A stretch of 61,785 nt of DNA, filler included, from Rhabdomonas costata (GCA_019059605.1; 19 parts of 19 records of this genome joined end to end with filler, not necessarily neighbours in it); one strand, 5' to 3'; counted from the whole stretch's first letter, positions 35,847 through 49,328 are shown. The notes: a model not told the origin generated them from the sequence alone. A program made the numbers and translations.

Positions 35847-38529
35847 TGTTGTGGTGGATCCACTGGAACGCCTAAGGGCTCCACTTTTGTGGAGGCCAAC
35901 ATGATTTCACCCGATGGTATTTCTTTGGTTGAACCCTTTGTCGTGCTTGACTTCCAGAGCTTCGATCCAACGTACATCCTATCTCTTCTGCTCACGGTTC
36001 AGTATGGTGGTGCGCGGGCCTTCCCACGTTCCCTGGAAACAATGATGACGGAACTGTCTTTGCTACGGCCCACTCATATTGGGGCCCCGCCTTCATTCTG
36101 GTCTTCTTTACAACATCAGTTTCTTGCGCGCGTTCGCCAGTTGGTCTCCCAAGGCTTGACTGGTGAGGCGGCGCGAAACAAAGCGGCCGTCGAGCTCAGG
36201 TCGGCCCTTGGCAGTCGGCTCCAAGTTGCTACTGCTGGTGGAGCTGCTTTGAGCTCAGAAGTTGTTAAGTTTGCCAAAGAGTACCTTCATCTGGATATTG
36301 TGAATCTGTACGGGTCTCGCGAGACAGGGGGAATTGCCAAAGATGGTGTCGTTTACGCCGGCGTTGACGTTGAGCTGCTGCCTGTTCCTGAACTTGTGTA
36401 CGTTCATGATGGCCCACCTCCCCGGCGAGGAGAGATCTGCGTTCATTCCCCTCGGCTTGTTTCGGGCTATTACGGGGATCCCGACGCAACTGCAGCGAAG
36501 TTTGCCGACCTGTTTGGTGATGGGCGTCTTTTTTACAAGACTGGGGATATCGGTGAGCTGCAAGTGGACCCGTCTACTGGGAGAAAGAGGCTGTGCATTT
36601 TGGATCGCCGTTCGGCAGTGATAAAACTTGCAAATGGCGAGTGGATTTCTCCCCAGCGCATTGAGGAGTTTTTGGAAAGCCGTTCTTCACTTCTTAAACA
36701 AGTAGTAATGTTTCCTTCATCTGAATACACCCACCTTTATGCAGTGGTTCTCGTTTCGGAGAGTGGCTTGAGCCACACAGATGAGGAAATCGAACAACAC
36801 GTGCGAGTCCTCCTTCGCCATTATCACGCACGACCGACGGAGTTCCCTGCTGCGGTTTGCACAGAACGGGATTCCAATGCTTGGGGGAAGCTCTGTGCAG
36901 CGTCCGGAAAGAAACAAAGAGAAAATGTGATCGCAAGGTACAGGTATGTTTTGGAAAATAGAAGCGGGCATCCATCCGTGATGGTGTCCGAGCGATGTCC
37001 TTTGCCCGCGCGCTTTGCGTCTGTGGTTGCGTCGGTGATGCCGTTGCTGCCCCTTCATTCGGAGGCGCGCCTTTCCGAGCTGGGTGTGGATTCTCTGGGT
37101 ACTGCCATGCTTCTCAATGCTATTGAAAAAGAATACTCTGTTAAGCTTAGCCGAGCGGTGCTGTTTGAATATCCGCTTTCGCACATTGAGGCTCTTGTGC
37201 AGTCTCCCGAGGTGCTGCAGTTCTCCTCCCATGTGGAGGCAGCTGCAATTGAGTGGAATGTAGAGTGCAGTTTGAGTGATCTAAACGAAGTGCACTTTGT
37301 CCCTGTCCCTTCTTGCCGGCGAGATGTGTTTTTGACTGGTGTCACAGGATTCATTGGCCCAGTGCTTTTGGAACGGTTATTGCACTATCACCCCGTCTCC
37401 ACCGTTTATTGCCTGGTTCGTGAAAGTCCTGCTCATGTTTTGCTTGAACGGGTCGCTGGCGTTGCTNNNNNNNNNNNNNNNNNNNNNNNNNNNNNNNNNN
37501 NNNNNNNNNNNNNNNNNNNNNNNNNNNNNNNNNNNNNNNNNNNNNNNNNNNNNNNNNNNNNNNNNNNNNNNNNNNNNNNNNNNNNNNNNNNNNNNNNNNN
37601 NNNNNNNNNNNNNNNNNNNNNNNNNNNNNNNNNNNNNNNNNNNNNNNNNNNNNNNNNNNNNNNNNNNNNNNNNNNNNNNNNNNNNNNNNNNNNNNNNNNN
37701 NNNNNNNNNNNNNNNNNNNNNNNNNNNNNNNNNNNNNNNNNNNNNNNNNNNNNNNNNNNNNNNNNNNNNNNNNNNNNNNNNNNNNNNNNNNNNNNNNNNN
37801 NNNNNNNNNNNNNNNNNNNNNNNNNNNNNNNNNNTTTGTGTTGTGTCCACCATTGGCGCTGTGACTTCTGCGACGCCTGACGCACAAGAGGAACTGCTCC
37901 CATGGGCCATCAACCAGCTTGAGGCCAAAAGTGGGTATGCTCAGAGCAAGGCGGTCGCTGAAGAGCTGCTGCGCCAGCTTGCTTGCCAACGGGCAATAGA
38001 CCTGCACATATTTCGGCCCTCCGCCGTTTCAGCACACACGGAAACAGGCTGGTACAACCAGAAGGATTTCACCTACATGCTGATTTCGCTGATTCACGAG
38101 CTCAGAGTGGCCCCACTTCCCGCTGCTCTTCCCCTTCGCTGGGTTCCGGTGGACTTCCTGGCTGACGTGATTGCAGGAACATCTGCGGAGACGCTGGAAC
38201 CGCCAGATGTGATCACATCTCCAAAAGTTTTCAACGTCTTTGGGCATGCCCCTATGCTGGGTGATGTAGTGGAGACGTTGAGGCGACTCGGTATTGCTCT
38301 TGAGTCCTGCCCTGTTCACGAATGGAAGGAGCTGGCGCTTGCCAAGGTCTCGGAAGAGTCACACCCTCTCTTCTCCCTGAAGTCTGTAATCGAAAGCATG
38401 GACTTCCTGGGTTCGGGCTCCGCCGTTCTGTCGCAGTCACCGAGGCTTGTTTCTGCAGGAAAGGTTTACTCGATGGATTCAGCTGCTCTTGAAAAGTCTC
38501 TTCTGCTTTCTGGGCTGCACATGCACTAA
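35847..38529 (+). CDS. Carboxylic acid reductase-like NRPS-type A-T-R enzyme, 5'-truncated, with assembly gap 37467-37834
   Basis: GSTGTPKG, YGSRETG, VPELVY..PRRGEI, GYY, YKTGD, DRR..IKLANGE (adenylation); LGVDSL (phosphopantetheine Ser); VFLTGVTGFIG, GYAQSKAVAE, IFRPS (thioester reductase); ends in TAA. Confidence 0.92.
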
Positions 38530-41091
38530 TCTCTTTGACTGTATTGTCGCTTTGACTCTGATTGCTCTGGTGTTTTGTGCTTTTTTTCGTTCTGTTTGCT
38601 AAAATTTCGGGTTGTGGTGTGCTCGATCCACCACGAATTTATTTATCTTCACGGATAAGATTTGGCGAATCGAAGCATTCCAAAACAGATCGAACCTTGT
38701 CGTCGAACTCCCCATTCTCAGTTGCTTGTGCAGTCTGGAGTTTTTTGGGTTGGGGAGGGGGTTGTACTGTAGCGTTTTTGACGTTGTGTTTGTTACCCTC
38801 TTTTGCTTTCGTTGGGTTGTTTATCAGCTCCTTGCTGGATGCCCCAGGATACTGTCTCTGACTTTTGACTGTGTCCTTTTGTCGCCATGTGATGGCATTT
38901 TGTGGCGTGAAGATGCCCCGGTGACCTATCGGATTGCCGTAGGGCTCAGAAATTCTGAGCCAGGATGCTCAAGCTTGGGAGGCAAGCCTCTGCTTTTTNN
39001 NNNNNNNNNNNNNNNNNNNNNNNNNNNNNNNNNNNNNNNNNNTTAATTAATTAANNNNNNNNNNNNNNNNNNNNNNNNNNNNNNNNNNNNNNNNNNNNGA
39101 CAATTTCAGGTGTTGGAGGTTCGTACAGAATCGAGCAATTTACTCCCGATTTAAGCCTGTTACCCGCGGACCTGAAGCATATTGAGCAGAATTCATCTTG
39201 CAGTGAAGCCAGCATGCTTTTGGTCAAGCTGCGTTCATTGGGTTTCGCCACAGTTCGGATGTCTGATCCACGGTGGGACCAGCAACGCGAGAATTGCCTC
39301 CAGGACGTCTCTGCTCTGGAGTTCTGGCGGCCATTTGTCGAGTGGCAGAAGTACCCTCGTAAAAATGGCCAGCAGAGGACTTACGCAGTTTTTGGAAAGG
39401 TACCAAAGTCCTGCTGGGGCTCGGAGTTTCCTGGAAAAGAGCGGTTGCAAGCTGCGCTGGAATTCGTAGATTCCCACCTGGGCATCCCTTCGATGGTGTC
39501 TGTTCATATTCCGCAGTCAGACGTCCCGCACTCTGCCACCTTGGAGCTGGTGGACTGGCAACTGTCAGAGTTTGTTGCTGGGCTGGCTTCACGGGGTGTG
39601 GTCTTTGCAGTTCTCGCTTCGCCCCATTGGACTCGGGGTCACCTGGACTTAAGCCCTCTCCTGTTACGATTCTGGGGTTTCCCCAAGATGGTGTCCGGGG
39701 AAAACAAGGGACGGCCATGCTGCGGCCATTAAGGCTCCCTCACTGAAGGCCCGATCTCCAGCTTTCCATGGAAAATCCGTCCTCAGAAGGGCGGCTTGCT
39801 CGACTTTTCTGAGTTTGTGGCTTTTGCCGTGCTGGTGCGCAACCGAACGGCTGCAATGCATAGGCACTGCGGCTCTTTTTCCGTAGAGAGTATTCGTGCC
39901 CGGAGCGGTCCATTGGCTGGTCGGCAGCGGTGGGTGAAGGTATCCTTGGTGGAAGAGGAGGGCTTCGACCGGTGGTGCCTTGTAATTGGTGGAGAAGGTC
40001 AGGTAGTCATGGGGAACTGGTCGGCGAGGTTTTCCAAGCGATGCCCGGATTTGCCCTACAGCCTCAGGGGCTATTGTGTATGCTAAAGGATTTCCTGTGC
40101 TCATGGCCACGGTATAGCATTCTTTACACTGTAGATTGTTGCTGGTCCCTGATTATTTCCTGTTTGGGAGTGGGTGGCGTGGATGCGGAACATCAGAGTG
40201 GTGTGGGTGGGTCAGTGGGGTTTGTGTTGCTGGCGGCGGCGGGATGGGTGCTGCACGTGAGGTCTGTGTAGGTGGGCGTGCTCGGCACAAGTGCTCGAAT
40301 AGTTCCAGGGTCATATTTGGACCAAAATTACAGCATTTCCTGACAATCCCTGCAGACGAACCTCTCCGCCCAGCCCCAAAAGGAAATCCCCCGCTGGGAA
40401 CCGTCTTGTGATCCTCCAATCTGTCAGAATTTGGCAGATCTTATTGCCTGCTGTTGGGTCCTTGGGGCGTCCGGTCATAATTTCTGGGTGTCACCCCACC
40501 GGACCATACCGGACCGGAGACCTCAAATTCGAGTTGGGGCTGTTCTTTTGTTCTCCAACATGTCCCCTTAAGGTCGGTTTTCGATCTTCTGCAATGCTAG
40601 GACCTTTTGGTTCTTCACTGGCCCACGCACTGGGCCTCAGCTTTCGGTGTGGCTGCGCGCTGGCCGAAATTTGTTTTGTTTCTGTTTTTTTTTTAGAGGT
40701 CTGGCTAGGATATGTACGTCTCCATTCTGAGCATTCGGCATTGTGGGTCGCCCCCCGGCCCCGGCGCCTGCCTCTGCACCGGTGTGTTAGCAGCGATTTA
40801 TACCAAGCTTGCTATAACTTGGCGGCTTTTGGTTTGTTTAGTCGCGGCATCAGCCTGCGCTATTGTTTGGTGGCATCTGATTTGCCCGCGCATTGCAGCA
40901 CTTGAAAGTGTTTCCCAGCAGCAGACTTTATAATGCTAAATGGGGGTGCTCCAAAATCCTTAGTAATTGGTGGTTCTCAGTCCAATTTCTTCTGGGAGTG
41001 CTTGCATGGTGGTATCCATTCAGCTTTTTTTGTCCCTCTTCTGAGCAAGAAGAACACAGTGTTTTACCGAAGTGGCGAGCTTTGTGACCCG

Positions 41092-42103
41092 ATGGACAAG
41101 TGCATCGACAGTGACGAAGTTCATGATGAGATCCGTGCCTTGGCCGCGGTGGAGCGGCGCCGGGTGGGCGCCGCGCGGTGTGTCACCGAGGAGAAGGACC
41201 TGCTAGGGGCCCTGAGGCAGTATGGCCCCGCGCCTGGGGCGCAGAAAATGATGGATCTGGAGATGGAGGCCGCCCTGGTGGCTATCCAGACGAAGCAGTA
41301 CGTGGTGTTCCGAAACACCGCAACTGGGGCGGACTGCACGCGGGTGGGCCCCTCTCACCAGTGCTTCTGCGGGCACCCGCTGTCCAGTCACAACACCAAG
41401 AGCCGGAGGGTGCCGTGCACACAGTGCCGCTGCGGGATGTTTGAGTTCATGTTCTCTCGTCCGGAGGAGATCGGCGAGTATTGGGTGTGCTGTGAGAGAA
41501 TGACGCATTGACTTTTTTCGCCGGCGTGAGGCGGGCATGTTACCTGAGAGGTATATTTTTGTCCGACGTGGCGACGCATTTCAAAACTCGTGTGGGGCCC
41601 CCTTTGGTTTGGTTTTTTGTTCATTTCGTTCAAAGTGCAACAGCGTTATGCCGTTTTACGAATTTGTACCGTATAACGGCGTTGTACGGCACAAATACAC
41701 CAGACCGTCAGTTCGCGTCATTTCCATGTGAGGTTCGAGCAATTTCGGAAGGTCTCATCACTTGGCCCGTGTCTTTACCGCCTGTCGCTGTTTGTTGTTG
41801 CAGTTGCCCCGCCGTAAGGACTTTGATCTCTCCACTTGGTCCGCCAAGTGCCGGTGCAAGCATGGGCACAAGGAGCATCGCCCTGAGGGCTCGAAGCCTT
41901 GCCAGGCGTGCCGGTGCGTGGCATTTTCCTCCGCCTTCTGCTGTCTGAGCTGTGACCAGCATTGGGAGGCTCACGAGACTGTCTTCGAGAGTGAGCAGGA
42001 CCGAGCCGCCGCGGGTCGGCCTGTAGGAGACGCCTTCAAGCCCTTGGCCCAGAGCGACCCTGAGTTCTCGGAGATAGTTTTCGGGAAAAAGAACGCCGAG
42101 GGG
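41092..42103 (+). CDS. FAM221: FAM221 family (FAM221B-like) Cys/His-rich protein, partial (exons 41092-41484, 41804-~42103)
   Basis: DCTRVGP..CFCGH..H, RPEEIGEYW/LPRRKDFD..W.AKCRCKH.H..H, F.S.F.C..CD.HWE.HETVFESE..R...GRPVG; GT-AG intron 41485-41803. Start codon and 3' end uncertain. Confidence 0.85.
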
Positions 42104-42250
42104 GTTTATGTCAAGGCACATCCAAGCAGCGATTCCTCCCACCTGAGGCCGAATCGACGGTCTGGTGTATTTGTGCCGTACAACGCCGTTATACGGTACA
42201 AATTCGTAAAACGGCATAACGCTGTTGCACTTTGAACGAAATGAACAAAA
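41615..42250. repeat. Perfect ~95-bp inverted repeat (41615-41709 / 42156-42250)
   Basis: TTTTGTTCATTTCG...CAGACCGTC is identical in reverse complement; the second arm is at the contig end. Confidence 0.9.
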
Positions 42251-42612
42251 CAAANNNNNNNNNNNNNNNNNNNNNNNNNNNNNNNNNNNNNNNNNNNNTT
42301 AATTAATTAANNNNNNNNNNNNNNNNNNNNNNNNNNNNNNNNNNNNNNNNNNNNTGGGGGTAAAATTGAAAGGGGGGAGGAGGCCGCAGGTCTCGTGCCA
42401 AGGCGCGGGCGGCGGGAAAAGGCCGAATCCCACCACAAAAACGCACGGGGAACACACACACAGAAGCCGGAAAGACGAAGCTCAGAAAAACAGGCACGCC
42501 TGGAGGGTGCAACATCTTTACAAGGTGAGGGCCCGCCCGAAAACAATGCGCAAATCGGCCGGAGGAAAAAACAAGCTAACGATACTCTTATTTTGGTTGC
42601 GCTGGCGGGTCT

Positions 42613-42650
<38 letters not shown>

Positions 42651-43404
42651 ATCGGTGTGCGGTTGCTTCTATCCATGTTTGTTTGTGTTGTGTGTAGGGT
42701 TCTTTGTGCCCGTGTTGGAAGTTTGGGCTTCAAGTTTGTCCATAGAGGGAAAGTGTGGGCGTATGGGCCGTTGCCATGTAATCTTCTGCTTTTAGCTGTG
42801 TGCGTTGGGTGGTGTATCATTATTTATCTACTGGTTTCGTGCGTTGGGTATTCTGTTGGTTATGCGTTGGTTGTGTGAAAGTTTTATCGTGTCATGCGTT
42901 TGCAATTCTGTCTGTGTGTGCTGCTGTGATGAACCAACCGCAAGTGGCATTTGGAGTTCAGCGGGGGTACTGGCAGCTTGCTATGGTTGCATCACCGCTC
43001 TCAATTCACTTCCGCTACACGTGTTCTGTGGTGGATTGACGTGGATAGTTTTTGTCACAGCAGCATTGCATACAGGACCATCATCACCACTACTATGTGA
43101 TGACATATCGATCTGGGTTGGATCGGCGTGTTCCTGTGTGTGCACTGCTTCATGTCATTACATGTCAGCATCACACTTATACTAACCAACAAGTGCTTCG
43201 AGTAATTTGAGATGTGTCGTCGAGAAGTTGTGACATTGCTGCTACCACATCCAGTTATCGCACCACCTCAATCACTCTACCTTGTTTGGGTTGAGTGGGT
43301 TTGTTTTACACAAGCCACAGTGGTTCGTCAGTGGGTCAACTACACAAAGCAAATACCACACAAATTCACTTCAACCATTATAAACTGAGTTGACACACAA
43401 GACG

Positions 43405-44065
43405 AAACCACCAAATGCAAGTACACCAAAACCAGACATTCAAGTATCAGCACACACTGAACTCACACCAGCAGCACCATACCCACACCAACCACAGTAC
43501 CAACGCAATCATCAACATAATAAATACCAGCACAAACACACGTCCACACAGCAACCAGGTAAGAAACAACATCTGCACCCAATACAACGTCAAAATTTCT
43601 AATAACACCCATGAAAACAATAGCAATCACAACCAGAAATCCCACCTATGAACACCACAAAAATGTCACAAAGAACCAGAGTAACCAAGTTGAGTATATG
43701 CTGATCACTCTGCTACGCTAGTTACCTAGATGCTAAAACCACCAAATGCAAGTACACCAAAACCAGACATTCAAGTATCAGCACACACTGAACTCACACC
43801 AGCAGCACCATACCCACACCAACCACAGTACCAACGCAATCATCAACATAATAAATACCAGCACAAACACACGTCCACACAGCAACCAGGTAAGAAACAA
43901 CATCTGCACCCAATACAACGTCAAAATTTCTAATAACACCCATGAAAACAATAGCAATCACAACCAGAAATCCCACCTATGAACACCACAAAAATGTAAC
44001 AAAAACCAGAGTAACCAAGTTGAGTATATGCTGATCACTCTGCTACGCTAGTTACCTAGATGCTA
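43405..44065 (+). repeat. Tandem duplication of a ~331-bp C/A-rich unit
   Basis: 43405-43735 and 43736-44065 are identical except for a few bases near 43665-43675. Confidence 0.95.
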
Positions 44066-44729
44066 AAATCACCACTCTGTGATGTAAATAGCTGCGCTCA
44101 TCTCATCCACTAGTAACAAACCAAAGAAGAAGAAGCCGATGCCAATATGCATTGTTGTCGAGTAAGCGTAGCCATGACAGCGGTGACAGCGGAGAGAGCC
44201 AGATGTTGTTGAGTGAGTGCATGCATCTTAGTGTGGTGGAGTGAACATTAAGTGTGTGTATACAGAAGTATGGAATAGGCTGTAATGCCGCTATGTACTT
44301 AATAGTGATCACAAGTTAGTTGCGGCGATGTTATAAGCCAATAAAATTCCAATAATTATACAATACTCAATGTAATGGTGTAACATGGTGTCACGTGTTG
44401 GTGTTAGTGATACCTTGAGTAATACATTGGAGGTGTATTGAAGTCATCTCAAATTGGCACGGGTGTTAATTTTAACAACCACGGTGTTACCAATGGTTGT
44501 GTGGTTATATGGTAATTCAGATGGTACTTATGGCGTGGTATCACAACGTGATTCTAAATTACTCTTATGTACATACTATAATGTTGTATAACGTGGTTTG
44601 CACAACTCTATAATGCAGTGGTATATGCGTAAATAGTCACATCAATGTTTTCTCTACCATGGTGTATCATGTCATTACCTGTGTTAAGGGAGCATATCTA
44701 CACCAACCGTGCCTCAAGACGTGACGGCG

Positions 44730-45200
44730 GTTGTCAGTGGAGACAAGGGTGCATTTGACACATCCACACCATAACCTAGATGTGTTATTACAGCACCTTG
44801 CACGGATTTTGCCTTTCTTTCTAAAATAAGAAAAAAGCATTAAAACTACTCTTCAGAGCTTATCCACATCAAAGCTAATATATTTGCGTGTGTCAGATTC
44901 AATAATGTGAACACGGATACAACCACCGCATTGATGGCAAGTTGGCACCTGTGGGATATTGAGAATGCTTTAGGTTTTAGATTCCACCAAGGTATTTCAC
45001 TGGTGGTTGGATGTCAATATTTCATAAAACAAATGCCAAATTTAATGCTGGCTGATGTTGGCTAAGTACAACAACTTGCCTCACAACCACGTGATGTCAC
45101 ATTCAGTGGTGGTATATAGTGGCAATATTGGCATTATTGCTAAGTATGGCCACCAAGCCACTCCACCACATGGATTTCATCAACTACTTTTGATGAAGAC
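44730..45200 (+). pseudogene. Possible very decayed reverse-transcriptase remnant
   Basis: VVSGDKGAFDT (44730), FHQGISL (~44982) and a frameshifted YF-DE (~45185) fall in the order of RT motifs A, B' and C; many stops, weak evidence. Confidence 0.25.
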
Positions 45201-47578
45201 AAGAGTATTAGTTAAAATTAATGCATAACACAAGCTGATACTCCACTAGCTACGCTTATTTGGCACATCCTCATGTCGCTTCTTCGTCTGGTCTTCGCTA
45301 GTTACCACTAAATCCCACTAGCTGCTCAATTCCAAACACTGTCACACATCAACACACTCGAATCGTTCGCAAAGCTCCTGCGCAGAATATTGCTAGGAAT
45401 GCAGAAATAAGAGCTCAAAATCTTGCAGGCAGTTGCGCTGACTAATACTCTCGCTCTAAACATCACTCTGTAGTAATTTGACCTACTCCCCTGCGTTTTA
45501 TCACTAAACACACCACCAACCCNNNNNNNNNNNNNNNNNNNNNNNNNNNNNNNNNNNNNNNNNNNNTTAATTAATTAANNNNNNNNNNNNNNNNNNNNNN
45601 NNNNNNNNNNNNNNNNNNNNNNATGGTTGTATATATCTTATGATAGTCTGGTCGGCTTTTTTACGGTTGGCGTGTGATACATGGACTTGGCTTTTGATAC
45701 CCTTTTGTGCGCACGGTTCCGTAGCTGCTGTTTTCCGCTTCCGAAAAAAAATGGTGGGTCTCGATGAAATTTAAAGAGTTGGTCTTTGTCAATGTAGGCT
45801 AGTAAAGTTTTTGCTTTTCTGGATCCGGTGCATAGGGCACGCACGGTAATTTGCAGCGGGTTGGGAAAAGTACCAACGAAAGAAAGAAAAGAAAAGCCGT
45901 CCGCTCCGCACCACTCAAAGCGGCCAGGGAAGCACTCCGGGTCCCGCAGCCACCGCAAAAAGCCAAGGAAAAAAGGTCGATGCAGTTCCGTGGAGGCCAC
46001 CGCCACCACCAGCCCCAAACACATGAACCCGAACAAGTGCCCGCGCCTACCGCATCCCAAAAGCCAGACATGCTTTTTTGCTGCGGTTGCGCCTCGCTTC
46101 CTTCTTTTCCTTCTTTGTTGCCGTGCGCCTGTCAACGCTCCTTTGCCTTTCCTGCTCTGCGCCGCCGTGCTCCCTTACAAGATTTGGGTACAACCAGCTT
46201 CAGGCGGACCGCTTACCTGTTAACGTTGTCCTCTTCCCGTTTCGCACTTCCTGTTCCCGCCGCTTCACTTTATCTTGGTTTCTGGGTTGGGCCTGCGTGG
46301 CGGTGGCGTTTGCTTGCCTAGGCATCACACCTGAAGCCTGTGCACCGAATGGGTGCGCGTCTTTGTGGGGAAGCTCTCCCTCATTGATGTCATGGTCTAA
46401 GCACCCTCCCTGTTGAGGTTGTGCTGCTATTCTGATTGAGGGGCTTCCTCTGGGCCCTACCCTGAGCCGCTGCAGGTAGTGAGTTTCAGGAAAGGGCACG
46501 ACTGCTCTCCCACCGAGCTTTTGGTGGTATAGTGATAACATCCGACGTGGATGGGAAGGCACAGGTGGGCGTCACCAACTCTCCAGTCCAGACCTGACTG
46601 TCGTGACTGGCATAACCCCCCCCACCCGCCATTTCTCCGTCACCCTCCCCTCGCGCAGGCCTTGTGGCTTCAGCTGAGCAGCTTTCGGCTGTGGTGGGAG
46701 CGGTACCTGCACGGACGCGGAGTCTTCCTGTTGCGCTCGACATGGGAAGCCCTGCGGAGGTTGGCCACACAGCGAGTGTCCAGCCGTCTCTCGCTCTACC
46801 ATCTATCCATCACAGGAACCACACATGCTTACACACCTCGTCTATTAGGTGCGGGGACGCTCGGCTCGTTTTCGTTCATGATGCTGAGTTCGGTTGGTCA
46901 GGTTACTCCATATTCAGCAGCAACGTACCAAACCGTACCAATCTGTACCCTCCAATACGCCTGCCTCCTTCCGCCGTTGCTCACTCCTCAGGATTCCTCC
47001 TTCAATACAGCTTGATGGGGATTGAACCCGGCACGTCCCCTGTGGACCTACCCTGGTGCGCATCGGGAAGGGCGCTGAGCATTGCTGTTGTGGAGAGTCA
47101 CAAGAAAACCTTTCCTTGTTCGGTAAGCATGCTGGTAACCTTGCTTGTTCTTTTGCTGGCTTCCGTGAGCTGCAACTGGAAGCCTCAGCAGAAAAGGAAG
47201 GAAACCTCAGAGGCTACGAACACAACCCCGCTCGTGGTCAAAAACTTGCAACAACCTGGGAACAGCAAGCTTCCCGTTCCACGGGGTATGCTTATGTAGC
47301 AACAGTTGATAGCTAATGCTGGAAAGTCTTCCATTGTTGAATCGACAGCATTATGTAAAGCTACAACTAAAGACTAGACGGGAGACAGCAGCACCGGCAG
47401 CAACAGCAACAGGCTTCCAAGAATGGCAAATGACCAAGCTTGCCTCCCGCACTTCGTTATGCTTCATGGAATCGACGCATGCCACAACGATTACGTTTGT
47501 AGTGGAGGGGACTCCTCCGTAACACGTGTGTCCGTTTATTTCACTAAGCGCTGTGATATCCAGTTTTGTTTCCCCCAG

Positions 47579-48778
47579 GCAACTCCTCTCCCGCCGTCTT
47601 GAAAATGGCCGACGTCCCACCGGAGAGGATGGACTACTGGCAGCACAATGAGACGGTGCCCCTGACCGTGGACTCCGTCACGGCGCCAGGCTCTTCGGGC
47701 AGTGGGCGAACTCTCTGCTTTGAGGTCGAGAGTTGGGAGAGCCAGCCCTTGGAGCGCGTACTCCCCAGCTGGGAGCAGCAGAAGCGCGCCTCCGACGGCG
47801 CTCTTCATGCTGGCGCAGGCAGGGGGACCACCCTGCGCAACTGGAGCCTCAGCTCGGGAGTCAGCGGAATTGCAGGGGATGTGTTACCTCGACTCCGTTC
47901 TCAGTGCGACGCGCTCCGACAACACTGCGGGTTTTCAGAGTTCTGCGCAATGGTCCTGCACGACGAGCTTCGCAGACTGTCGGAAACTCCTCCCATGCTT
48001 TCGACCAGCGCTGACAATCTGTCTACCTCCATCCTTCGAGTTACCCCGCTCTCCCTGGGCTTCTTGCAAGAACTGGAGAAGCATCTTCGGCTGATCATGA
48101 TGTTGGAATGTCTGGAGGAATCGGAGAAGATCCACCGCTATCAACAATACTTGGTCTTATTGCAATCAAGAATGGAACTATTCATCAGGAGAGTGAACGT
48201 GGTCCATGCACACATGTCGAAAGTCCACGAAGAGCATGAAAACCTTGCTGCAGTGGACTGGGCATCCATCAACTGCTCCATGGTCGTCCAAGCCTCGACG
48301 ATCTTCTGGGTCGAGCTCAAGGTGGTCAATGATGTTTGTAATCCTCACATTGTTGCAACAGCGATTGCCGAAAGGGTGTACGAGCTCTCGAAGACCCTGC
48401 CACCTCCTGGTGGAATTGTTGTTCAGTGCTTTCGTCAGGGAAGCGTCCTCGACGCCTTTGTCGACTGGTACTCTGACATCACCCAAACTCCGACGTCAGA
48501 TGAGGAACTAGCCAGGTTACAGGGCGAAGTTAGTCAGGCCTACCCAGAACTACACCCTAATCCCCACTATCCTGGGCCTAAGGGCTGTGCGGCAGGAAAA
48601 AAAGTTGGTTCTGCGACTTGGGGAGCTGCAACAGAGACGCATAAGTGGATCATACACTCCTACACAACGCAATTTTACAAGATGTTCAACCACGACCTGA
48701 GGCACTTCAACCGGCTTTCGCGGTGGCGCATGTACACTCTAGCGCTTCACCACACCCTTCAGAAACTACCCACACACC
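47579..48778 (+). CDS. Protein with probable ADP-ribosyltransferase (ART/VIP2-like) domain start, 3'-truncated
   Basis: 1.2-kb open frame ending in IHSYTTQFYKMFNHDLR...WRMYTLALHHTLQKLP, the YT..Y..N..LR...L..L.KLP helical lead-in of ART domains. The catalytic R-S-E strands would be off-contig. Confidence 0.6.
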
Positions 48779-49328
48779 NNNNNNNNNNNNNNNNNNNNNN
48801 NNNNNNNNNNNNNNNNNNNNNNTTAATTAATTAANNNNNNNNNNNNNNNNNNNNNNNNNNNNNNNNNNNNNNNNNNNNCGATGGCCAGCACAGAAGAGGG
48901 CAGGCTTGTGTCATGCGACAGAAATGCGAAGGTGTATGTGCGAACAAATTCGTGATGCAAAGCATTTAATAGAAAGCAAACTGTAACACGAATGCCTGAT
49001 CACGTTGAGGCGAGAACGCTTGTCTGATCGTGCAGATGCAAGAAGAGACACCTGCAGCGCAAACGTTTGCCAGCCAGCGGTAATGCGACTTCTCCTCGCA
49101 GGTGTCCTCGAGTCGGACCAGAAACGAAGCGGTCGCCAAGACAGGCCTGCACACGAGAGCCCACCTGTACCCGGAGCCCCGCTCAGAAGCCCGTCTATCC
49201 CCAGCACACCAGTTCTTCGCCAGTCCACCCAGACACATGATATCTATGCAGGATGATGTATCTGAGCACCCATCCAGACCAAAAAAAATGCCCGAAAGGC
49301 GTGCACAACTTTTGGCAGACCAGACAAC

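Noticed and set aside
12356-40086. Stop-codon reassignment suggested by in-frame TAG/TAA in the GIY-YIG and 39-40 kb frames
   Set aside because: No conserved host exon contains an in-frame stop, and the WD40 and CAR genes end in TAA; decay explains the stops.
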